From: Candidatus Saccharimonadota bacterium
GTDB taxonomy: Bacteria > Patescibacteriota > Saccharimonadia > Saccharimonadales > Saccharimonadaceae
Length of the DNA stretch: 32,000 nucleotides
Direction: 5' to 3'
NCBI GenBank assembly: GCA_039920285.1
Contig: JBDSDX010000001.1
Location: forward strand, 660,001 to 692,000
Under the pieces are notes generated by a model. It made no database searches, had not been told where the DNA came from, and was given only the letters and a program-made list of their open reading frames with translations. Positions 26,215 to 32,000 of this stretch are shown here, in pieces (positions within the stretch are counted from its first letter, which is position 1; the number at the start of each line of letters is the position of its first letter). The position numbers and the translations under genes are program-made.

Positions 26215-27216
26215 ATGGCAAAAATTTTACTGGTAGAGGACGACAAGAGCCTAAGAGAAATCTACGGCGTCCGCCTCATGGCCGAAGGCTACGAAATCGT
26301 TTCAGCAGGTGATGGGGAAGAAGCCCTCGCTATTGCTATTAAGGAAGCGCCGGCATTGATCGTCAGTGACGTCATGATGCCAAAAATTAGTGGCTTCGAC
26401 ATGCTCGACATTCTTCGAAGTACCACTGAGACAAAAGACATCAAGGTAATTATGATGACCGCGCTTTCCAGCGACGACCAACGTGCCCGCGGTGAAGCTC
26501 TTGGAGCTGACCGTTATCTCGTCAAGTCTCAAGTCGGCATCGAAGATGTCGTCCGTACTGTTCACGACGTCCTTGGTGACGGTGTTGCCGGATCTGCGCC
26601 TGCAGCTCCTAGCTTTTCATCGACTCCTGCACAACCTGGTAACCCCTCGGCACCTGTTATGCCTGCGCCTGTTGCAGCACCCGCTCCTATGGCTCCAATG
26701 CCTGCTATGCCGGCACCATTACCCAATCCTGTTGCTATGCCCGCCCCAGTTACTTCGGACCCTGTAGCTCCTGCTCCCGTCGAAGCACCACTTCCTCCTG
26801 TTATTAATATTCCGACTGAAGAACCAGTTATGGCTCCGCCTGCACCAATTCCCGCACCAACACCAGAGTTTGTTATGCCTGAACCTGCCATGCCTGCACC
26901 AGTAGAAATGCCAGCACCTATCGCTCCAACTCCCGCCGCTCCAGCACCGTTTGTTGCGCCAGCGCCCTCACCATTCGCACTTCCTGAGCCAACTGCGCCA
27001 TTTTCTTCACCAGCCCCAGCATCTCTCGGCGATCGCATCATCGCACCATTGAATCCTAACCTTCAGGTTGGTGCTCCCAATGATATCGCGACACAAATGA
27101 ACCAAGAGCTGGCTGCCCAAATGGCACCACTTCCTCCAGCACCTGCTCCAGAGCCACCATTGCCTCCACAGCCACCTGTTCCTCCTATGCCGCCACAACC
27201 AGGCGCAGCTCTGTAA
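26215..27216 (+). CDS. Response regulator: receiver domain plus roughly 200-aa Pro/Ala/Met-rich tail, no recognisable output domain
   Basis: ILLVEDD, LIVSDVMMPKISG and YLVKSQ define the REC domain. The remainder is low-complexity (MPAPVAAPAPMAPMPAMPAPLPNPVAMPAPV ... PPLPPQPPVPPMPPQPG). ATG 26215 is preferred over the track GTG at 26209. Confidence 0.85.
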   Translation: MAKILLVEDDKSLREIYGVRLMAEGYEIVSAGDGEEALAIAIKEAPALIVSDVMMPKISGFDMLDILRSTTETKDIKVIMMTALSSDDQRARGEALGADRYLVKSQVGIEDVVRTVHDVLGDGVAGSAPAAPSFSSTPAQPGNPSAPVMPAPVAAPAPMAPMPAMPAPLPNPVAMPAPVTSDPVAPAPVEAPLPPVINIPTEEPVMAPPAPIPAPTPEFVMPEPAMPAPVEMPAPIAPTPAAPAPFVAPAPSPFALPEPTAPFSSPAPASLGDRIIAPLNPNLQVGAPNDIATQMNQELAAQMAPLPPAPAPEPPLPPQPPVPPMPPQPGAAL

Positions 27217-27234
27217 TAAGGTATACTAAAAGCC

Positions 27235-27909
27235 GTGAGTGAACGTCTCAATAAGTATTTAGCCTTTCAATTAGGCATCTCTCGTCGTGAAGCCGACGGC
27301 TTTATTGAACATGGTCACGTTGCCGTCGATGGCAAGAAAGCTATCCTCGGTGCTCGTTTTGAAGAGGGGACCAATGTCACCGTCAAAGGAAAATCGATCC
27401 AGGCGGGCGAGTCAAAACAATATCTCATGCTCAATAAACCTATTGGCTACGTCTCTTCGCGTAAATCTCAAGGTGACGTTCCCACCATTTATGAACTTCT
27501 TCCGGCAAAATATCATGCCCTGAAACCAGTCGGTCGCTTAGATAAAAACAGTAGCGGACTCATTCTTTTGACCAACGATGGTGACTTTGCCTACCAAATG
27601 ACTCATCCGAAATTTTATAAAGTCAAAAAATATACCGTCACGCTTGATGATGCTCTGGCGCCATTACACCAACAAATGATCAACGACCACGGTATTAACC
27701 TCGAAGATGGTGTCAGTAAACTCACCCTCGAGCGTACTGATGACACTCGTTTGCACTGGATTGTCACCATGACTGAAGGTCGTAATCGACAGATTCGCCG
27801 GACCTTTCATGCCATTGGCTACGAGGTAACTAGTCTCCATCGTACCAACTTTGGAAACTTCGCATTGAACGGTTTAGAGCCCGGTTCATTCATTCCAGTG
27901 ACTATCTAA
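27235..27909 (+). CDS. RsuA/RluB-family pseudouridine synthase (S4 domain + catalytic domain)
   Basis: S4-like N-terminus (RLNKYLAFQLGISRREAD). Catalytic motif VGRLDKNSSGLILLTNDG. C-terminal GRNRQIRR. The GTG start lies 7 nt after TATACT. Confidence 0.85.
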   Translation: MSERLNKYLAFQLGISRREADGFIEHGHVAVDGKKAILGARFEEGTNVTVKGKSIQAGESKQYLMLNKPIGYVSSRKSQGDVPTIYELLPAKYHALKPVGRLDKNSSGLILLTNDGDFAYQMTHPKFYKVKKYTVTLDDALAPLHQQMINDHGINLEDGVSKLTLERTDDTRLHWIVTMTEGRNRQIRRTFHAIGYEVTSLHRTNFGNFALNGLEPGSFIPVTI

Positions 27910-27971
27910 TATTTCGTATCGTGGTTATGCTCGCAAAAAGGAGCTACCTCTGTTATAATTACCTCTGATTT

Positions 27972-29423
27972 ATGGCTTCAAAACTTCCAACAGTAGCAAT
28001 CATCGGTCAAGCGAACGTCGGCAAAAGTTCGCTTTTTAACCGTTTCGTCAGATCACGACAAGCGATCGTCGCCAAAGAGGCGGGGACGACTCGTGATAAC
28101 GTTTTGGGCCGTGTCCTCTATAACGACCATATGTTTTGGATGGTCGACACTGCTGGATTGAAAGATCCAAACGACGAATTCGAAGCATCAATCCAAGAAC
28201 AAATCACTGAAGCGGCTGATGCTGCTGATGTCATCTTGGTTGTCGTCGATAGTACGCAGTACGTCAGCGATGACGACCGTTTTGTCGCGAAAAAAGCCCT
28301 CCGAAGCAAAAAGCCAGTTATTCTTTTAGTCAACAAACACGACCTTTCAGGCACATTGCCAACCGACGAGTTTAAACGCCTCGGTATCAAAGATATTATC
28401 CGAACCAGTGCCGAGCACAATATTGGTATCGAAGAGGCCTTAAAGCAGGTCACAGCCATGATTCCGGCTAAATCTGAAGAGCCTGCCGGTGATGTCATTC
28501 GCATTTCTCTCATTGGTCGTCCAAACGTGGGCAAAAGCCAACTCTTCAACACACTTGCTGGTAAGCAACAGGCGCTCGTTGCTAACATCGCCGGTACGAC
28601 ACGCGACGTCAACCGTATTGGTGTCAAATATAAAGGTCAATCTATCGAAATTCTCGACACCGCTGGTATGCGCAAGCCGGGTAAACAAGAAGTCGGCATC
28701 GAGAAGTTTAGTGTGCTGCGTTCATTGCAGGCTATTGAAGAAAGCGACATCTGTTTCCTCCTCATGGACGTCAATGAACTCAACACCCAACTCGACCAAC
28801 GTCTTGCCGGTATCATTGATGAAGCAGGCAAAGGTCTCGTTATCGTTGTCAGTAAATGGGATAGTGTCATGGAAAAAGACGCCTACACTCGCGACGCGCT
28901 GGCTCCAAAGATCTCGCGAACCTTCGACTTCGTGCCATGGGCACCACTTATCTTTACCAGCAGCATTACTGGTCAAAACGTCACTAAGCTGTTTGATCTC
29001 GCCATGGAAATCGACGTTCGTCGTCACCAAGAAATCAAGACTCGTGCGCTCAATGACCTCTTGCAGAAGATTGTTCAAAAACACCCACCAGCTGGGCTAA
29101 AGAACACCTTCCCACGCCTTCGTTATGTCGTCCAGACTGACGTTTCACCACCATGGTTCGTTATTCACGGAAGCAATCTCAAGTTCCTTCACTGGAGCTA
29201 CAAACGCTACATCGAACGCAACGTTCGTGAAAGCTTTGACTTCGTCGGTACTCCTATTAAATTTAGCTTCCGCGATGAACACCAGATCAAAGACAACATC
29301 GCTCGTGTCGCCGCCGGTAAAGAGCCTATCAACAAGGCGAAAGCCAAAAACGAAGCAAAAAAAGAAGCCCTCTCAGGCTCTAAAAAAGAAAAAATCGCTC
29401 CTGAATCTTCAGTAAGCGAATAG
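27972..29423 (+). CDS. der: Ribosome-associated GTPase Der/EngA
   Basis: Two tandem G domains (GQANVGKSS / DTAG / NKHD and GRPNVGKSQ / DTAG / SKWD) and a KH-like C-terminal domain. Confidence 0.95.
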   Translation: MASKLPTVAIIGQANVGKSSLFNRFVRSRQAIVAKEAGTTRDNVLGRVLYNDHMFWMVDTAGLKDPNDEFEASIQEQITEAADAADVILVVVDSTQYVSDDDRFVAKKALRSKKPVILLVNKHDLSGTLPTDEFKRLGIKDIIRTSAEHNIGIEEALKQVTAMIPAKSEEPAGDVIRISLIGRPNVGKSQLFNTLAGKQQALVANIAGTTRDVNRIGVKYKGQSIEILDTAGMRKPGKQEVGIEKFSVLRSLQAIEESDICFLLMDVNELNTQLDQRLAGIIDEAGKGLVIVVSKWDSVMEKDAYTRDALAPKISRTFDFVPWAPLIFTSSITGQNVTKLFDLAMEIDVRRHQEIKTRALNDLLQKIVQKHPPAGLKNTFPRLRYVVQTDVSPPWFVIHGSNLKFLHWSYKRYIERNVRESFDFVGTPIKFSFRDEHQIKDNIARVAAGKEPINKAKAKNEAKKEALSGSKKEKIAPESSVSE

Positions 29424-29500
29424 TTATTGATTGAACATGGAGTGTCCGACTCGACGAGATACTCTCTCGCCGAGCCGGTTGTCCCTGGTGATCTGAAGGC

Positions 29501-29866
29501 CTAGCGGTCATCGAGCGGCGCACTCGTGCGCTCTGCTCGTTGCTGCTTGACGAGCACTCTGTCAGCGTCCTTGAGGTTCAAGATGGAAAATATCCATCCG
29601 CCAACCACAATGGCAACGCCTATGAGCCAGAGGTAGAACATCTGCTCGGAGTCGTGTGCGTGCAAACCGATGTAACCCCAGATGAGCGACGCGATGAATG
29701 CCATCCAGGCAAACAACCGCGCCAGATCAAGCGAATGCTTGGCGAACCGCTGGTTACCCAGGTTGAGTTCGTGGTGGATGTTGGACGCCGCCTTCAGGGT
29801 GAAGACGACGAGCAAGACGACAGCCAAGGTGACGATCACCCAAGCTGCAATTGCAAATTGGTCCAC
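29501..29866 (-). CDS. Hypothetical three-TM membrane protein, high-GC / GC3-biased gene
   Basis: Track ORF of 121 aa. A sampled line has 58% GC. Codon third positions are mostly G/C. The gene sits between der and pth in the opposite orientation. Confidence 0.6.
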   Translation of the reverse strand: MDQFAIAAWVIVTLAVVLLVVFTLKAASNIHHELNLGNQRFAKHSLDLARLFAWMAFIASLIWGYIGLHAHDSEQMFYLWLIGVAIVVGGWIFSILNLKDADRVLVKQQRAERTSAPLDDR

Positions 29867-29915
29867 GGTAATGCCCTTCTCGTTGAAACCTACGACTATC
29901 GCAGGGACGTGTTAT

Positions 29916-29944
29916 ATTATAGCATATTTACTTAATAATATCAA
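29916..29944 (-). promoter_or_regulatory. Sigma-70-type promoter with extended -10 for the 29501-29866 gene
   Basis: On the minus strand: TTGATA, 17 nt, then TATAAT with TGc upstream. The 14 nt AAATATGCTATAAT are identical to the promoter at 23257-23285. Confidence 0.5.
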
Positions 29945-29963
29945 TAGACTACAATGGAGAGTA

Positions 29964-30545
29964 ATGAAGTTTATATTCGCCCAGGGCAATCCTGACCAAA
30001 AATACGCCGGTACCCGTCATAACACCGGTTTTATGGCATTGGATGCGTTTGGTGAAGAACATAGTGCACTCTGGAAGAACCTCGACAAATTTGATGCTCG
30101 CATCGCTGAAATCGTTATTAATGGTGAAAAAGTCCTGCTCATCAAGCCATTATCTTTTTATAACGATACAGGTATAGTGGCCCGGCGCGTATTAGATTTT
30201 TACAAAGCCGACCCAACCAAAGACCTCCTCGTTATTCATGACGACCTCGCGCTCCCACTCGGAACTATTCGTGTCCGAGTCAAAGGTGGCGATGCAGGTA
30301 ATAACGGAGTAAAAAGCTTGACCGTCCACCTCGGACCACTCTATTCGCGTATACGTGTTGGTATTTGGACCGAACTGCGCGACCGCATGGATGATGTTAA
30401 TTTTGTACTCGGTAGATTTGACTTACATGAGCAAAAAAAACTTGATACTCATATCTTTCCTCACGTCATAAAGCTAATTGATCAGTTCCTCAAAGGGACA
30501 CTCGAAGCCACCAGCGACACTCTTCCCGAAATTGTGCAAACCTAG
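29964..30545 (+). CDS. pth: Peptidyl-tRNA hydrolase
   Basis: MKFIFAQGNPDQKYAGTRHNTGF plus the family length. ATG 29964 lies after GGAGAG. The track start at 29682 is an artefactual extension across the antisense of the high-GC gene. Confidence 0.9.
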   Translation: MKFIFAQGNPDQKYAGTRHNTGFMALDAFGEEHSALWKNLDKFDARIAEIVINGEKVLLIKPLSFYNDTGIVARRVLDFYKADPTKDLLVIHDDLALPLGTIRVRVKGGDAGNNGVKSLTVHLGPLYSRIRVGIWTELRDRMDDVNFVLGRFDLHEQKKLDTHIFPHVIKLIDQFLKGTLEATSDTLPEIVQT

Positions 30546-30612
30546 GGTCCATTGACTTTTCATCTGTTGAAGATGATAATACGCCACAGATTCCGTTGAG
30601 AAAGCCGCCAAA

Positions 30613-30640
30613 AAACAGCCATTCTCCGGAATGGCTGTTT
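30613..30640 (+). terminator. pth terminator hairpin
   Basis: AAACAGCCATTC-tccg-GAATGGCTGTTT, a perfect stem with flanking A and T runs. Confidence 0.65.
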
Positions 30641-30658
30641 GAGAAATTAAGGAAAAAC

Positions 30659-31090
30659 ATGACTCGCATCACCGCGCGTCACGTGCGCGAAACACTGCTT
30701 GGCCCGTACTACCGTCTGCGTGCGTCGATTAATGAACGACGCGAGCACAACAATGCCATGCGCGAACTCAAAGATGATGAGCGTATGCAAGCAAGCGAGA
30801 AGAAGATTGCGGAAACAGAGAGACTCCGCAGGCTTGTTGATACGACCATTCCCGGTCTTATCGGGCAGTGTTCCGGTGTTCTCGAAGCCGCGAATTACGG
30901 TGGTAAACACTGGCATCTCGGCCACGTCTATGACATCGGGTTCGTGTATCTGATCCAAGACGGCACGATCGCGACAGAAATCACGTCGACGAAGGCGACA
31001 GTCCCTCTCGGCGCGCTCAACTACCGTCAAGCAAGCGACTTGCATACACACCTAACTGCGATGCTCACGAGCGCACGCAGCAGGGTATAA
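30659..31090 (+). CDS. Hypothetical protein, elevated-GC gene
   Basis: Track ORF trimmed to ATG 30659 (AAGGA lies 8 nt upstream). The track start at 30596 runs through the pth terminator. Sampled lines have 52-65% GC. Confidence 0.55.
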   Translation: MTRITARHVRETLLGPYYRLRASINERREHNNAMRELKDDERMQASEKKIAETERLRRLVDTTIPGLIGQCSGVLEAANYGGKHWHLGHVYDIGFVYLIQDGTIATEITSTKATVPLGALNYRQASDLHTHLTAMLTSARSRV

Positions 31091-31118
31091 GCCTCTCGCC
31101 GAGTACTCCTCTCAAACA

Positions 31119-31147
31119 GTAGCCCCCGTCATTACGACGGGGGCTAC
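31119..31147 (+). terminator. Rho-independent terminator
   Basis: GTAGCCCCCGTC-attac-GACGGGGGCTAC, a perfect 12-bp stem, followed by TTCAATTTT. Confidence 0.75.
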
Positions 31148-31181
31148 TTCAATTTTGACAGATTATTTTTCCAACTAAAAA

Positions 31182-31452
31182 GGCACCAGGTAAGGGTGGG
31201 CATCACCTGGTGCCATTTTACCCTTTAACCCACCCGAGTTTTATCAGCGAAGCGTACGCGATCGATAGAAATGTATGATGCGCGCCTGACTCACCGAAGT
31301 GGGTCACTACTGTATAGTCGCTAATCGATAAAACCTGTAGGGTCCAACCCCGAAGGGAAGGTGTTAAAGGGATTAGTATTCATACAAAGCTGGTCTCTCG
31401 AGAGAGAGCCCATAAAGTGGAGGGTAGTTACTATACAGGCACCTTGTATGAA
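31182..31452 (+). ncRNA. Candidate structured RNA of unknown class (strand uncertain)
   Basis: Nested helices found by eye. Hairpin 31182-31214 has a 10-bp perfect stem. A long-range helix pairs 31221-31234 with 31360-31371. ATCGATAG (31261-31268) pairs with CTAATCGAT (31321-31329). Hairpin 31287-31306 is fully paired on the plus strand only via one G-U. TTCATACAA (31379-31387) pairs with TTGTATGAA (31444-31452) and encloses hairpin 31392-31410. No ORF on either strand. Confidence 0.35.
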
Positions 31453-31612
31453 ACCTAACATAGAGTGATACCCCAATAAAAAATTAAGATATCACAGTTA
31501 GAATAGGGGGTATAAGGTGCTTGGTCATCCTCGCAGGAACGACCAATCATCATGCATTCTAGCACTTGTTTGACTAAATGTCAATACTTATCTCAGGGTG
31601 AACATAAAGTAG

Positions 31613-32000
31613 ATGAAAATCAAGCGAAGCATAACAGGAATGGAACCGTATCTTCAACTTTTGAAGCACCTTTCGCATGCTCCAACGCAACTCTATATCA
31701 GTGGAACATTACCCGAAGAACGTCGACCCTCAGTCGCTATTGTCGGAACACGCAAACCAACTACGTACGGTAGGGAAGTGAGTTACGATTTAGCTTACAC
31801 ACTTGCTCGCAAAGGTGTTGTTATCATTAGTGGACTCGCCCTCGGTGTCGACGCCCTTGCTCACAGGGGAGCGTTGGATGCAGGCGGGGTGACTATTGCC
31901 GTTCTTGCAAACGGATTAGATGAAATATATCCAGCAACTCATCTGTCATTAGCCAAAGAAATCATTAAGAAGGGTGGGGTATTAGTCAGTGAATACGAGC
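31613..32000 (+). CDS. dprA: DNA-processing protein DprA/Smf, 3'-partial
   Basis: Hand translation from ATG 31613 (in-frame TAG at 31610-31612) gives MKIKRSITGMEPYLQLLKHL...SVAIVGTRKPTTYGREV...VVIISGLALGVDALAHRGALDAGGVTIAVLANGLD. This frame is not in the ORF track because it runs off the right edge. Confidence 0.85.
   Translation, partial: MKIKRSITGMEPYLQLLKHLSHAPTQLYISGTLPEERRPSVAIVGTRKPTTYGREVSYDLAYTLARKGVVIISGLALGVDALAHRGALDAGGVTIAVLANGLDEIYPATHLSLAKEIIKKGGVLVSEYE

Noticed and set aside
26302-27251. Several overlapping track ORFs in and antisense to the regulator's Pro/Ala-rich tail (for example 26562-27041 minus, Gly/Ala-rich)
   Set aside because: These are frame and antisense shadows of CCN/GCN-rich coding sequence. 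The REC-containing frame is continuous from 26215 to 27216.
29682-29963. N-terminal 94 codons of the track ORF 29682-30545
   Set aside because: Pth homology begins at ATG 29964, which has a GGAGAG site upstream. The extension is the open antisense frame of the high-GC gene 29501-29866.
30552-30580. TTGACT-17-GATAAT promoter-like sequence between the pth stop and the pth terminator
   Set aside because: A transcript from here would meet the terminator hairpin (30613-30640) within about 30 nt. It might drive the 30659 ORF by read-through, but I cannot support it as a functional promoter.
31552-31773. 73-aa track ORF
   Set aside because: It is out of frame with the clear DprA reading frame starting at 31613 and has no recognisable features.
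1-32000. CRISPR arrays, rRNA genes, transposases/integrases, and UGA-recoding (code 25) as an explanation for short ORFs
   Set aside because: No regularly spaced direct repeats were seen. No rRNA-like or recombinase-like sequence was seen. All recognisable genes are full-length under the standard code.

Overview
Hand analysis of a 32-kb window. It looks like a small-genome CPR/Patescibacteria chromosome, and my inference is Saccharibacteria/TM7-like. The standard genetic code fits. Hand counts of sample 60-nt lines give about 47-50% GC in core genes. Most of the window is plus-strand housekeeping: smpB, xth, two Nudix genes, gltX, der, pth, an rsuA/rluB-type pseudouridine synthase, dprA (3'-partial), tRNA-Leu(CAA) and tRNA-Glu(CUC). 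There is also cell-envelope content: two GT4 glycolipid-type glycosyltransferases, a sortase, a PEGA protein and a DUF3048 protein. Two histidine-kinase/response-regulator pairs are present, and neither regulator has a DNA-binding output. Five things stand out. (1) A minus-strand ORF of at least 1,149 codons (3448 to 1) is absent from the supplied ORF track. It encodes a glycine-rich three-module protein with a minor-pilin-like N-terminus. (2) tRNA-Glu carries a split duplicate of its own 3' end, followed by a compositionally mosaic accessory segment. This segment is about 33-38% GC from 19.4 to 23.2 kb and holds a Nudix gene, a polyprenyl-synthase-like + GT2 pair, and small unknown genes. (3) Three single-gene cassettes (23.3-24.07, 29.44-29.95 and 30.6-31.15 kb) have markedly higher GC (about 52-65% in sampled lines) and GC3-biased codons. 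Each has its own promoter-like and hairpin signals and is bracketed by inverted repeats. The first has a 20-nt terminal inverted repeat whose left copy is split by a 63-nt hairpin. (4) About 400 nt upstream of dprA is gene-free and densely base-paired, and I could not assign it to a known RNA class. (5) Extended -10 boxes (TGnTAnAAT) recur 6-12 nt before start codons, implying leaderless or near-leaderless mRNAs. No CRISPR array, rRNA, transposase or integrase was seen.
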